Shown here: piece by piece, positions 33,054 to 44,245 of the stretch
Layout of the letters: the number at the start of each line of letters is the position of its first letter
Numbering within the stretch: position 1 is the stretch's first letter
Source of the DNA: Sandaracinaceae bacterium
GTDB lineage: Bacteria; Myxococcota_A; Polyangia; Polyangiales; Sandaracinaceae
NCBI GenBank assembly: GCA_044220955.1
Contig: JBGAQA010000019.1
Coordinates: 26,618 to 90,617, forward strand
Direction: 5' to 3'
DNA length: 64,000 nt
The notes under the pieces: model-generated
The model's database searches: none
What the model was told of the DNA's origin: nothing
Seen by the model: the letters and a program-made list of their open reading frames with translations, nothing else
Translations under genes and position numbers: made by a program

Positions 33054-34274
33054 TCACGGATGGGCCGGCGCGAGCCCGACGTAGCGCGCCCGAGGCCGCA
33101 GCGAGAAGCCGGCAGCGCGCTGCTCACGGACGTGCGCGATCCAGCCTGCCGTGCGGCCGATGGCCATGAGCGCCGCGGCGCCCCCGCGCTCCATCCTCAG
33201 GGCCCCGGCGACGGCGACGAGCCCGACCTCGATCGACGGAGGCTCGCCGCCCGAGAGCGCCATCGCATCGACGAACGCGCGCGCTTTGCGCACCGCGATG
33301 CTGCGCGGCGCCAGTGCCTCGGCGGCCTCGAGCATGGGCGCGGTGCGAGGGTCGCCGGCGGCGTAGAGCGGGTGGCCGAACGCGGGCACCGGATCACCCC
33401 GCCTGCGCCGATCGCGCAGGATCCGCGCGGCGTCCTCGGGCCCGCGCGCCTCGTCGAAGAGGGCCTCGACCCGATCGCAGGCCTTGCCGTGGCCCGTGCC
33501 CGCGATCGCCGCCAGTCCGGCGACGACGCACGCCGTGAGCTCGGACCCCGCCCCCGCCGCGACGCGCGCCGCGAACGTGCTCGCGTTCAGCTCGTGCTCG
33601 GCCATCAGCACGAGGGCGACGTCGATCGCCCGCCGCGCCGCGGGGCCGCCGCGAACGCCGAAGGCGAGCGCGACGGAGTCCGCCACGGTCCGCGCCGCGA
33701 GCGAGCGCGCCACGCGAGCCTCCGAGCGGGGGTGCACGGCCGCGAAGGCCGCGATCCGCCGCACCAGGCGCGCCGCGGCCGCGTCGTCCTCGGCCTGGTC
33801 GTGGCCGGCCGTGGCGCACGAGAGGACGCCCGTCAGCGCGAGCAGTCGATCGACGGGGTGCGCCTCGCTCGCGACGACGCGCACGGCGGACCGGACGTCG
33901 ATCCCGGCGTCCACGGGGGGCATTCGCGCGCGCTCGTCCCACACGCTGCTCCAGAGCCAGCGCGCGACCGTCTCGAAGCGCGCGCCCGTTCGCGCGAGGG
34001 CCGCTGCGCTCTTGCCGCGGTAGTGCAGATCGCCGCCGACGACGCTCGAGAGGGCGGTGTCGAGCACCGGCTCACCCCAGCGGAGCGCCCCGGCGGCCAC
34101 GGCGGCGTGTCCCGACCGGGCGGCGCTGCGCGCCCGCAGGCGCTCGAGATCCTGCCGGCGGTACGCCCGATCCCGGCCGTCCCTCGCCACCGATCGGACA
34201 AGCCCGCGGCTGGCGTACGCGTAGAGCGTCTGGCGCTTCACGCCGAGCAGCGCCGCGGCCTCGGCGGCGCTCAT
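33054..34274 (-). CDS. Helix-turn-helix/citrate synthase-like fusion protein, putative regulator (alternative start 34334)
   Basis: N-terminal MerR/Xis-like HTH (AAEAAALLGVKRQTLYAYASRG); citrate synthase motifs EHELNASTFAAR and FGHPLY. Confidence 0.88.
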   Translation of the reverse strand: MSAAEAAALLGVKRQTLYAYASRGLVRSVARDGRDRAYRRQDLERLRARSAARSGHAAVAAGALRWGEPVLDTALSSVVGGDLHYRGKSAAALARTGARFETVARWLWSSVWDERARMPPVDAGIDVRSAVRVVASEAHPVDRLLALTGVLSCATAGHDQAEDDAAAARLVRRIAAFAAVHPRSEARVARSLAARTVADSVALAFGVRGGPAARRAIDVALVLMAEHELNASTFAARVAAGAGSELTACVVAGLAAIAGTGHGKACDRVEALFDEARGPEDAARILRDRRRRGDPVPAFGHPLYAAGDPRTAPMLEAAEALAPRSIAVRKARAFVDAMALSGGEPPSIEVGLVAVAGALRMERGGAAALMAIGRTAGWIAHVREQRAAGFSLRPRARYVGLAPAHP

Positions 34275-34289
34275 CCATGCATCGTCGAT

Positions 34290-34344
34290 TGCATCACGTT
34301 GATTGATGGATGCAGGTTGATCAATGTGTTCCATGCATCACGTT
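34290..34344. promoter_or_regulatory. Candidate operator region between the divergent citrate synthase genes
   Basis: 11-bp direct repeat TGCATCACGTT at 34290 and 34334; TTGAT repeats; palindrome TTGATCAA at 34317-34324; locally AT-rich. Confidence 0.55.
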
Positions 34345-34394
34345 TCCCACGTCGCTCCCGTCATCACAAGCACGGGAGAGAGGAGACGGCAGAC

Positions 34395-35513
34395 ATGACG
34401 ACGACGACGACCGGGACATCGGGCGCGACACGCCCGACGGGAGGCCTCGAGGGCGTGGTGGCGGCCGACACGCGCCTCTCGCACGTCGACGGGGACCGAG
34501 GAGAGCTGATCATCGCCGGGCATCGCGTGGAGGCGCTCGCCGGGGTGCGCACGTTCGAGGAGACGCTCGCGCTCCTGAGGACGGGGGCGGTTCCCGACGG
34601 GGCGAGCGCTGCGGCGATCGCCGGTGCGCTCGGGGAGGCGCGCGCTCGCGCGTTCGCCGCCCTCGACCCGCGAGACCCCGCCCTCCGGTACGCCGACGGG
34701 ATGGACGCCCTGCGCGCGCTCGTGGCCCGCGTCACGGTCGCGCCCGGCCGCGACGCCACCCTCGACCTGGTCGCGGCCGTCGCCGTCGCGGCCGCGGCGT
34801 GGCAGCGCGCGCGGGCGGGCGCGGCGCTCGTCCCGCCGGACGCCTCCGCAGGCCACGCGGCCGACGTGCTCCGGATGGCGACGGGGGTCGTCCCGACGGA
34901 CGCGGCCACCCGCGCGCTCGAGCGCTACCTCGTGACGGTCTCGGACCACGGCATGAACGCCTCCACGTTCGCGGCGCGCGTCGTCGCCTCGACGGGCTCG
35001 GACGAGGTGTCGGCCGTCGTCGCCGCGATCGGCGCCCTCAAGGGGCCGCTGCACGGCGGCGCGCCCGGCCCCGTGCTCGACATGCTCGATGCGGTCCGCT
35101 CTCCCGATCGTGCGCGGGAGTTCCTCACCGGCGAGCTCGATGCGGGGCGCCGCATCATGGGGATGGGACATCGCATCTACCGCGTCCGGGATCCGCGTGC
35201 GGCCGTCCTCGAGGCTGGCATCGAGCAGCTGGAGCGCGCGGGCGTCGCGACCGGGAAGCTCGCGCTCGCGCGCGCGGTCGAGCGCGAGGCCGCGGCGCTG
35301 CTCGCGGCACGGCACCCCGATCGAGCGCTCCGCGCGAACGTCGAGTTCTACACCGCGGTGATCCTCGATGCGGTCGGCATCGCTCGCGCCGCCTTCACCC
35401 CGACGTTCGCCGTCGGTCGCGTGGCGGGCTGGTGCGCCCACGTGCAGGAGCAGCGCCAGACCGGGCGGCTCATCCGCCCGGCGTCGCGCTACGTGGGACC
35501 GATGCCCGGCTGA
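34395..35513 (+). CDS. Citrate synthase / methylcitrate synthase
   Basis: GLEGVVAA, DHGMNASTF, GPLHGGA, GMGHRIY and NVEFY motifs; AGGAG RBS. Confidence 0.93.
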   Translation: MTTTTTGTSGATRPTGGLEGVVAADTRLSHVDGDRGELIIAGHRVEALAGVRTFEETLALLRTGAVPDGASAAAIAGALGEARARAFAALDPRDPALRYADGMDALRALVARVTVAPGRDATLDLVAAVAVAAAAWQRARAGAALVPPDASAGHAADVLRMATGVVPTDAATRALERYLVTVSDHGMNASTFAARVVASTGSDEVSAVVAAIGALKGPLHGGAPGPVLDMLDAVRSPDRAREFLTGELDAGRRIMGMGHRIYRVRDPRAAVLEAGIEQLERAGVATGKLALARAVEREAAALLAARHPDRALRANVEFYTAVILDAVGIARAAFTPTFAVGRVAGWCAHVQEQRQTGRLIRPASRYVGPMPG

Positions 35514-35517
35514 GCGG

Positions 35518-36030
35518 CTACGCCTTTCGGACGTCGAGGTGGCCGATGTAGTTCCGCTTGCCGAGGTCTACGCCGTTCGCGCGCAGGATCTGGTAGGCCA
35601 GCGTCATGTGGAAGTAGAAGTTCGGCATCGCCAGCTGCCGGACGAAGTCCGTCGCGAGCATCACCGTACCGGGCGCGAACGCCAGCGGCACGAGCCGCGC
35701 CTCGGCGCCCTCGAAGTCCGCGGGCGAGAAGGTCTTCAGGTACTCGCGCACCTTCTGGATGCGCACGCGGACCTCCTCGAGCGTCTGCTCCGTGTCGGGG
35801 TGCTTCGGCGGCTCGCGCCCCGCGACCCGCGCCGCGGCCGCTTTGGCCTGGTCGCACGCCGCCGTGATCTGTCGCAGCAGGGGGTACTGGTCGGGCGCCA
35901 TCCGAGCGCTCAGCAGGTTGGCGAAGTCGAAGTTCTTGGCCTTCGCGTGCGCGACGCCCGCATCGAGCCAGGCGTCGACGTTGTCGAGGTACTTGAGCGC
36001 GGGAGGGACGATCTCGTCGTAGAGGGACAT
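35518..36030 (-). CDS. DUF1993 (DinB-like) family protein
   Basis: RMAPDQYPL..Q; PNFYFHMTLAYQILRANGVDLGKRNY. Confidence 0.88.
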   Translation of the reverse strand: MSLYDEIVPPALKYLDNVDAWLDAGVAHAKAKNFDFANLLSARMAPDQYPLLRQITAACDQAKAAAARVAGREPPKHPDTEQTLEEVRVRIQKVREYLKTFSPADFEGAEARLVPLAFAPGTVMLATDFVRQLAMPNFYFHMTLAYQILRANGVDLGKRNYIGHLDVRKA

Positions 36031-36104
36031 CGCCGCCCCGTACCCCCGCGCCCGCGGCCCCGTCAAGCGATCCCGCGGCGTGCGTCGTGGTATGCCCAGG
36101 CGCG

Positions 36105-37484
<1,380 letters not shown>

Positions 37485-37502
37485 CCCTGGTATCCTCGGT
37501 CG

Positions 37503-39335
37503 GTGTCGCCTGGCCGCCACCTGGGCTCGATGGGAGCCGTCTGCGTCGCGCTGGGTGTGTGCGGGTGCACGGCGCTCTTGCCCTACCCCTCGGTGGACGT
37601 CGAGACGAGCGACGCGGACTGCCACGACGGCTGGGACGACGACGGCGACGGCGCGATCGACTGTGACGACGACTCCTGCGGGCGCTGCGTGGCACGCCCC
37701 CTCGCGCCGTGTCCCGCGGGCTGGAGCAGCACGCTCGTGGCGGGTGCCCCCTTCGAGACGCACCTCTGTGCGCCCGCCGACGAGCTGGCCCGAGGCTGCC
37801 CGGACGCACCACCTCCGGGCGTCACGCCGATCCCCGCGGTCGCGGGCGCGCTCTCGGACTACCTGCGCGACATGATCGCGCCGACGCCGGACCCCGACGG
37901 CCCGCCGCTCGAGGCGTGGCTCGCGCCGGGCGTCCACGTCGAGAGCGACGTGTCGGTCGCGGGCCACGTGCGAGTCCACGGGCTCTGCGGGGCGGTGCTC
38001 GAGACGCAGGCCGGCTTCACGACGCCCTTCGGCGCGGGCGACCACCTGGCGCTCGATCATCTCGAGCTGCGACTGCGCGACTCGGGCGTCGCGACTCTGC
38101 CGCTCAGGGACACGGAGCTCTCGTACGTGCGCGTCGTCTCGGCCGCAGGCGTGCCGCCGACGCTCGCGGTGTCGGCCTCGAGCAGCCTCCAGATGGACCA
38201 CTGCGCGCTCGCCGTCCCGCTGGAGGTCGGCGACGGACGCCTCACCGCGTCCGACACGTCGCTCGCGCAGCTGACCCTCACGCGCTCGCGCGGCGAGCTC
38301 GATCGGGTCCGCATCGATGGTGACGTGCGCGTCGACGGAGGCGTGGCCGCGCTCGACGCGCGCGACCTCTTCGTGAGCTGCGGGAGCTTGACGGCCGAGC
38401 GCGGCGCGCTCGATCTGCAGCGCGCGGTGCTCGTGCACGGCCGGGGAGCCGATGGGCTCAGCGCGTCCGGCGCCGGGGGGCAGCGCGGCATCATCCGCCT
38501 CGAGGACGTCACCGTCGTCTCGGCCGACTCGTGCGCGCCGGGCACGAGCCTCGCGTACGCGACGATCACCATCGGCGGCTCGGACGTCACCCTGACGCGG
38601 GTCACCGTCCGGGAGCCGTCACGCCCCGCCTTGCTCCTCGATCTGCACACCAGCGCCCTCGTCCGCGACGTGACGCTCTTCGGAGGGCTTCGCGGCGGCG
38701 GGGCGCTCGACGTGGATCGGCTGCGCGTGCAGGGAGCGAGCGACGTCGGCGTCCGCGTCATCGGGACCAGCCTCGAGGCGGCGACCGCGCGGCTCCGCCG
38801 CGTCTACGTCGAGAACGTCCCGGCCACCCCGCGCGAGCGCACCGCCTGCGCGGAGCTCGGCGGCGGCATCGCGTTCGTCCCCCCGGCCACCGGCTCGATC
38901 GAGGCCTCCGCCATCTCCGACGTCGGCGGCTGCGCGCTCTTCGTCCCCAGGGACGTGGCGCTGACCCGGCTCGAGGCGAGCGTCGCGCGGACGTGGACGG
39001 CGCTCTGCGCTCCGGACCGCGCGGACGCGCCCGCCCTGGCCGCCGGGATCACGCTCGAGGACGAGGGCGAGCGATCGTCCACCGCCAGCGCGCTCTGTGT
39101 CGGCTCGGACTGCGCGCCGCCGCCCGGCTGCCCGCGCCCGGAGATCTGCGACAACCGCGAGGACGACGACCTCGACGCCGCCGTCGACTGCGACGACTCC
39201 GACTGCCGCGCGGACCCCGCCTGCGCGGCGACGGCGGAGACCGACTGCGCCAACGGGGTGGACGACGACCTCGACGGCGCGCTCGACTGCGACGACCTCG
39301 ACTGCGTCGGCGAGCCCGACTGCCCGCCCCTGTAG
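37503..39335 (+). CDS. Hypothetical lipoprotein with a beta-helix-like core and DxDxDG Cys/Asp metal-binding repeats
   Basis: Lipobox-like VCGC; three C.DG.DDD.DG..DC.D..C repeats; central beta-strand repeats. Confidence 0.72.
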   Translation: MSPGRHLGSMGAVCVALGVCGCTALLPYPSVDVETSDADCHDGWDDDGDGAIDCDDDSCGRCVARPLAPCPAGWSSTLVAGAPFETHLCAPADELARGCPDAPPPGVTPIPAVAGALSDYLRDMIAPTPDPDGPPLEAWLAPGVHVESDVSVAGHVRVHGLCGAVLETQAGFTTPFGAGDHLALDHLELRLRDSGVATLPLRDTELSYVRVVSAAGVPPTLAVSASSSLQMDHCALAVPLEVGDGRLTASDTSLAQLTLTRSRGELDRVRIDGDVRVDGGVAALDARDLFVSCGSLTAERGALDLQRAVLVHGRGADGLSASGAGGQRGIIRLEDVTVVSADSCAPGTSLAYATITIGGSDVTLTRVTVREPSRPALLLDLHTSALVRDVTLFGGLRGGGALDVDRLRVQGASDVGVRVIGTSLEAATARLRRVYVENVPATPRERTACAELGGGIAFVPPATGSIEASAISDVGGCALFVPRDVALTRLEASVARTWTALCAPDRADAPALAAGITLEDEGERSSTASALCVGSDCAPPPGCPRPEICDNREDDDLDAAVDCDDSDCRADPACAATAETDCANGVDDDLDGALDCDDLDCVGEPDCPPL

Positions 39336-39344
39336 CCTCGAGGC

Positions 39345-39372
39345 TTGACGCATCGCGCGCGGCTGGTACAAC
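39345..39372 (+). promoter_or_regulatory. Sigma70-type promoter for rpmI-rplT
   Basis: TTGACG-N16-TACAAC, with TG at the extended -10 position. Confidence 0.6.
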
Positions 39373-39434
39373 CCGCCTCCCCCGCGGGTCCGCGTGCGCG
39401 CTGGACCCGTGCGAACAAGCGGAGTCGATCGACC

Positions 39435-39632
39435 ATGCCGAAGATGAAGACCCACAGCGGCACCAAGAAGCGCATGTGGCTGACGGGCACCGGGAAGGTG
39501 CGGATGGGCAGCGCCGGCCTCAGCCACATGATGCGTGGCAAGAGCTCGAACCGCCTCCGCCGCCTGCGCAAGAACGCGATTCTCCACGAGTCGCACGCGC
39601 ACCTGATTCGTCGGCTCCTTCCCTACGGTTGA
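39435..39632 (+). CDS. rpmI: 50S ribosomal protein L35
   Basis: MPKMKTHSGTKKR...RRLLPYG; GGAG RBS. Confidence 0.96.
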   Translation: MPKMKTHSGTKKRMWLTGTGKVRMGSAGLSHMMRGKSSNRLRRLRKNAILHESHAHLIRRLLPYG

Positions 39633-39670
39633 AGCCACCAGGCCGATAGCCCATTCGTCAGAGGTAGGTC

Positions 39671-40015
39671 ATGCCGAGAGCAAAGCGTGGTTTCAAGGCG
39701 CGCCGTCGCCGCAACAAGATCCTGAAGCTCGCCAAGGGCTTCTACGGGGCCCGCGGGCGCATCTTCACGGACGCGCAGGAGCAGGTCCGAAGCGGATGGA
39801 TCGACGCCTTCCGCAACCGCCGCGAGAAGAAGCGCGACTTCCGTCGCCTCTGGATCGCGCGCATCAACGCCGGCGCGCGTCAGCTGGGCGTCAGCTACAG
39901 CAAGCTCGTCGCGAAGCTGAAGGGCGCGCAGATCGGCCTCGATCGGAAGATCCTCGCCGAGCTGGCGCTGAGCGATCCGGGCGGCTTCAAGGCCGTCGTC
40001 GACGCCGCCCGCTGA
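39671..40015 (+). CDS. rplT: 50S ribosomal protein L20
   Basis: MPRAKRG..ARRRRNKILKLAKG; KRDFRRLWIARINA; DRKILAELA. Confidence 0.97.
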   Translation: MPRAKRGFKARRRRNKILKLAKGFYGARGRIFTDAQEQVRSGWIDAFRNRREKKRDFRRLWIARINAGARQLGVSYSKLVAKLKGAQIGLDRKILAELALSDPGGFKAVVDAAR

Positions 40016-40051
40016 CCAAACCGATCGGCCCGGCTCCGCCGGCGTTCCGCT

Positions 40052-40099
40052 GAAGAAGGCAGGAGAGCAGGAACGATCCTTCCTGCGTCCTGCCTTTTC
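40052..40099 (+). terminator. Long hairpin (terminator-like) between rplT and pheS
   Basis: AAGGCAGGA..GCAGGAA pairs with TTCCTGC..TCCTGCCTT, followed by TTCC. Confidence 0.6.
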
Positions 40100-40117
40100 C
40101 GCGTTGTAGGCTGCGCC

Positions 40118-41215
40118 ATGAGCGACCCGGTTCGCACGTTCGAAGAAGGCCTCGATCGGATCTCCCGCGAGCTCGAGGGGGCGTTCGCCGGCTGCGCCGA
40201 CGAGGTGTCGCTGCGCGCAGCCAACGCGCGCTTCGCGGGGCCGAGCGGCGAGCTCACGGCGCTCATGAAGCTCATGCCCACGCTCCCTGGCGGCCGGCGC
40301 AAGGAGCTGGGCCAGCGAGCGAACCAGGTGAAGGGCGCCGTCCAGGCGGCGTTCGACGCGCGTCTCATGGCCCTCGCCCGCGCGGCGCGGGAGGCCGACC
40401 TCGCCGGCCCTCCGATCGACGTCTCTCTGCCGGGCCGCGCCGTGCGCCCGGGCCGCCCGCACCCCATCACCGCGACGATCGAGGAGCTCCTCGACGGCTT
40501 CGCGTCGCTCGGCTTCGAGGTCGCGGAGAGCCGCGAGATCGAGCTGACCGACTTCAACTTCGCGCGCCTCGGGTTCCCGCCGGACCACCCGGCGACCGAC
40601 ATGCAGGACAGCTTCTTCGTGAAGCGCCCCGATGGCGGCGTCGACGAGGGCGTCGTGCTTCGCACGCACAGCACCTCCATCCAGGTGCACGAGATGCTGC
40701 GCCGCAGGCCGCCGATGGCGGTCGTCACGGCGGGCACCGTCTACCGGCGCGACGACGACGCGACGCACTCACCGATGTTCCACCAGATCGACGGCTTCCT
40801 GGTCGACCGCGGCGTCACGTTCGCCCACCTCAAGGGCGTGCTCACCGCGTTCGTGCACCGCACGTTCGGCGCCGAGGTCCCGGTGCGCTTCCGCCCGAGC
40901 TACTTCCCCTTCGTCGAGCCCGGGGGCGAGCTCGACATCGGCTGTAGCTTCTGCCGGCCCTGGGACGGCGCCGGGACGCTCACGCAAGAGGCCCGGACGT
41001 CGGCGTGCCGCACCTGCAAGTCGACCGGATGGATCGAGGTGCTCGGCTGCGGGATGATCCACCCCGTCGTCTTCGAGCGCTGCGGCATCACCGACCCCTC
41101 GCTGACGGGCTTCGCCTGGGGCATGGGCATCGACCGCATCGCCATGCTCCGCCACGGCATCCGGGACATCCGGATGCTCTACGAGAACGACATGCGCTTC
41201 CTGACCCAGCTGTGA
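40118..41215 (+). CDS. pheS: Phenylalanine--tRNA ligase alpha subunit
   Basis: HPATDMQDSF, LRTHST, YRRDDDATHSPMFHQ, FRPSYFPFVEP and GFAWGMGIDR motifs. Confidence 0.98.
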   Translation: MSDPVRTFEEGLDRISRELEGAFAGCADEVSLRAANARFAGPSGELTALMKLMPTLPGGRRKELGQRANQVKGAVQAAFDARLMALARAAREADLAGPPIDVSLPGRAVRPGRPHPITATIEELLDGFASLGFEVAESREIELTDFNFARLGFPPDHPATDMQDSFFVKRPDGGVDEGVVLRTHSTSIQVHEMLRRRPPMAVVTAGTVYRRDDDATHSPMFHQIDGFLVDRGVTFAHLKGVLTAFVHRTFGAEVPVRFRPSYFPFVEPGGELDIGCSFCRPWDGAGTLTQEARTSACRTCKSTGWIEVLGCGMIHPVVFERCGITDPSLTGFAWGMGIDRIAMLRHGIRDIRMLYENDMRFLTQL

Positions 41216-41225
41216 GAGACGGACG

Positions 41226-43739
41226 ATGAAGGCCTCCACGCAATGGCTGAGCGAGCTCTCGGGCATCGACGCGAGCCCCGCCGAGGTCGCCGAGCGCCTC
41301 ACCCGCGCGGGCCTCGAGGTCGAGGGGACGCAGCGCTTCGGCGAGGGCCTCGACGGCGTCGTGGTGGCCGAGGTGCGCCAGACGCGGCCCCACCCGAAGA
41401 AGGACAAGCTGACGCTCGTCCGCGTCTTCGACGGCAAGGACGAGATCGACGTCGTCTGCGGCGCACCGAACGTGCCCGCCGCCGGTGGGCGCGTCGCGCT
41501 CGTGACGGTGGGCTCCACGCTCCCAGGCGGCATGGCGATCGCCGCGCGCGAGGTTGCGGGCGCGCCCTCGCACGGGATGCTCGCGAGCGAGCACGAGCTC
41601 GGCATCGGGAACGAGGCCGGTGGGATCCTCGTGCTCGAGGGGACACCCCGCGTCGGCGCACCCCTCGCGAGCGCGCTCGGCCTGCGGGACACGGTCCTCG
41701 AGATCAACGTCACGCCGAACCGGCCCGACGCGCTCGGGCACCTCGGCCTCGCGCGCGAGCTCTCGGTGCTCTTCGGCGTGCCCTACGCGCCGCGCATGCG
41801 TCAGGTGCCCGCGCGCATGCTCGCGGAGCTGCCGCCGCCACCGCCGGGCAACGAGGGCATCCCCGTCCTCGGCGAGACGGGCTCTCCCGGCGAGACGATC
41901 AGCATGGTGTCTGCTGCGGCAGGCATCCCCATGACGCTCCCGATCGAGATCCACGACGCGGCGCGCTGTCCGCGCTACCTCGGCCTCGTCCTGCACCGCG
42001 CGCGCGCGAAGGCCTCGCCCTTCTGGATGCGGCACCGGCTCTTCGTGCTGGGCCAGCGCTCGATCGACGCCGTCGTGGACACCACCAACTGGGTGCTCCT
42101 CGAGACCGGCCACCCGATCCACGCGTTCGACGTCGCGAAGGTGCGGGGCGGACGCATCGTCGTCCGGCTCGCGCGCGAGGGTGAGCTGCTCCGCACGCTC
42201 GACGGCGTCGACCGCCGCCTCGCCGCCGACGATCTCGTGATCGCCGACGTGGAGGGCGCGATCGCCCTCGCGGGCGTCATGGGCGGAGCCGAGAGTGGCG
42301 TCTCCGAGACGACGGAGCACATCGTCGTCGAGGCGGCCTGGTTCGATCCGCGCTCGGTGCGCAGGACGTCGCGGCGCCATGGCCTGCACACGGAGGCGAG
42401 CCACCGCTTCGAGCGCGGCGCAGACCCCGGGTGCCTGCCGCTCGTCATGCGACGGACGGCGACGGTGCTCGCGCAGGTGTCCGAGGCGGCTCCCTCGCCC
42501 TGCATCGTCGACGCGCACCCGCGCCGCATCACGCCGTCGCGCATCGAGGTGCGCCCCGCGTTCTTCGGCGACTTCCTCGGCGACGACGTGCCCGACACCG
42601 AGGCGCGCCACATCCTCGAGGCGCTCGGGTGTGCCGTCTCGCCAGGCGAGCGCGACGGGTGGCGCGTGACGGCGCCGCTGCACCGTCCCGATCTCTCGCG
42701 CCCCGAGGATCTGGTCGAGGAGATCGCGCGCGTGCGCGGGTACGATCGCATCCCGAGCGAGCTCTTCGCGCCGCTGCCCGACGGACGGCCCCGCTCGAGG
42801 CGGCCCGCGCTGCTCCGGGCGCTGCGCCGCGGGGCGATGGCCGCGGGCCTCTACGAGGCCGTGTCGTTCACGTTCCTCGCCCCCGGCGATCTCGAGAGGG
42901 CGCGCGCGAGCCGGAGCGCGATCGCGATCGCGAACCCGCTCTCGGAGGAGCGCTCGGTGATGCGCACCTCGCTGCTCCCCGGTCTGCTCGCGGCGGCGGG
43001 CCGCTCCGAGCGGCACCAGGCGGCGCGCGTCCGGCTCTTCGAGCTCGCGCGGACGTACGCGCCGGCGACCGCCGAGGGCGAGCACGACGTGCCCGTCCGC
43101 GAGAGCACGCGGCTCGCGATCCTGCTCTCTGGCCCGCAGGACCGCTGGGTCGGCGAGGGCGCGCCGGTCGATTTCTACGACGGCAAGGGCGCGCTCGAGG
43201 CGACGATCGGCGCGCTCGGGCTCGCCGTGACGACGAGACGCGAGGTGCCGCCCGGGATCTCGGCGGCGCTGCACCCCCGCGCCCGCGCGGCGGTGCTGGT
43301 CGACGGCGTCGCGGTCGGCGTGCTCGGCGAGCTGCACCCCGACGTCCAGGACGCCCACGGGCTCACATCGCGCCCCGTCTACGCGGAGCTCGACGTCGAC
43401 GCCATCGTGCGGCTGGCCGAGGCGCGCGGGCCGAACGCGGTCGTCGAGCTGCCTCGCTTCCCGAAGGTCCAGCGCGATCTGGCCGTCGTCGTCGACGACG
43501 ACGTCGAGGTCGCGCACGTCGCGCGCGTGATCGCGGACGCTTCGTCCGGGCTCGCGGAAGACGTGACGCTCTTCGACGTCTACCGGGGCAAGCCGATCGC
43601 CGACGGGAAGAAGAGCCTCGCGTTCCGCATCGCGTACCGTGACCGCGTCGCGACGCTCACCGACGCGCGCGTCGAGTCCACGCACGGCGCCGTGGTCGCC
43701 GCGACCGAGGCCGCCTTCCACGCGCGCTTGCGCGCCTGA
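41226..43739 (+). CDS. pheT: Phenylalanine--tRNA ligase beta subunit
   Basis: VCGAPN, TPNRPD, GHPIHAFD, RFERG, DLVEEIAR and MRTSL motifs; C-terminal anticodon-binding domain RDLA..FDVY..KSLA. Confidence 0.98.
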   Translation: MKASTQWLSELSGIDASPAEVAERLTRAGLEVEGTQRFGEGLDGVVVAEVRQTRPHPKKDKLTLVRVFDGKDEIDVVCGAPNVPAAGGRVALVTVGSTLPGGMAIAAREVAGAPSHGMLASEHELGIGNEAGGILVLEGTPRVGAPLASALGLRDTVLEINVTPNRPDALGHLGLARELSVLFGVPYAPRMRQVPARMLAELPPPPPGNEGIPVLGETGSPGETISMVSAAAGIPMTLPIEIHDAARCPRYLGLVLHRARAKASPFWMRHRLFVLGQRSIDAVVDTTNWVLLETGHPIHAFDVAKVRGGRIVVRLAREGELLRTLDGVDRRLAADDLVIADVEGAIALAGVMGGAESGVSETTEHIVVEAAWFDPRSVRRTSRRHGLHTEASHRFERGADPGCLPLVMRRTATVLAQVSEAAPSPCIVDAHPRRITPSRIEVRPAFFGDFLGDDVPDTEARHILEALGCAVSPGERDGWRVTAPLHRPDLSRPEDLVEEIARVRGYDRIPSELFAPLPDGRPRSRRPALLRALRRGAMAAGLYEAVSFTFLAPGDLERARASRSAIAIANPLSEERSVMRTSLLPGLLAAAGRSERHQAARVRLFELARTYAPATAEGEHDVPVRESTRLAILLSGPQDRWVGEGAPVDFYDGKGALEATIGALGLAVTTRREVPPGISAALHPRARAAVLVDGVAVGVLGELHPDVQDAHGLTSRPVYAELDVDAIVRLAEARGPNAVVELPRFPKVQRDLAVVVDDDVEVAHVARVIADASSGLAEDVTLFDVYRGKPIADGKKSLAFRIAYRDRVATLTDARVESTHGAVVAATEAAFHARLRA

Positions 43740-43881
43740 CGCGCTTCTGCTCAGGGCGCGGCGCGGAGCGCTTGACAATCGCGTCGGTGATCGCCTCGCC
43801 CTCGAGGTGCCCGGCGCGCACTTCGCTTGAAACCCATCGCCCCTCGTGTTTCCCTCGCTCGGTCTGTCGGAGGATCGATCG

Positions 43882-44205
43882 ATGACGAAGGCAGAGATCA
43901 TCGACGCCATCTACGAGCGCGTGGGCGGCTTCTCGAAGAAGGAAGCGAGCGAGGTCGTCGAGGCCGTCTTCGACGCCATGAAGGAAGTCCTGGAGACGGG
44001 GCAGAAGATCAAGATCGCCCGCTTCGGGAACTTCGTCGTGCGCGCCAAGAAGCAGCGCGTGGGGCGCAACCCGCAGACGGGCGCCCCGATCCCGATCACG
44101 GCGCGCCGTGTCCTCAAGTTCCATCCGTCGGACAAGCTCAAGCACGCGCTGAACCCGCACAAGCTCGCGGGCACGACCGGCGGCGCGGCGGGCAACGGCG
44201 GCTGA
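43882..44205 (+). CDS. ihfA: Integration host factor subunit alpha
   Basis: [28 protein letters not shown]; follows pheT; GGAGG RBS. Confidence 0.93.
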   Translation: MTKAEIIDAIYERVGGFSKKEASEVVEAVFDAMKEVLETGQKIKIARFGNFVVRAKKQRVGRNPQTGAPIPITARRVLKFHPSDKLKHALNPHKLAGTTGGAAGNGG

Positions 44206-44245
44206 GCTCCGCAGCCCTCGACGTCCACGAACTGCCAGGAACCTC

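Noticed and set aside
40016..40117. pheM-type leader peptide attenuator
   Set aside because: No Phe-rich short ORF; only a hairpin and a candidate separate pheS -10 element
43772..43800. TTGACA as a -35 element upstream of ihfA
   Set aside because: No recognisable -10 element at 16-18 bp spacing
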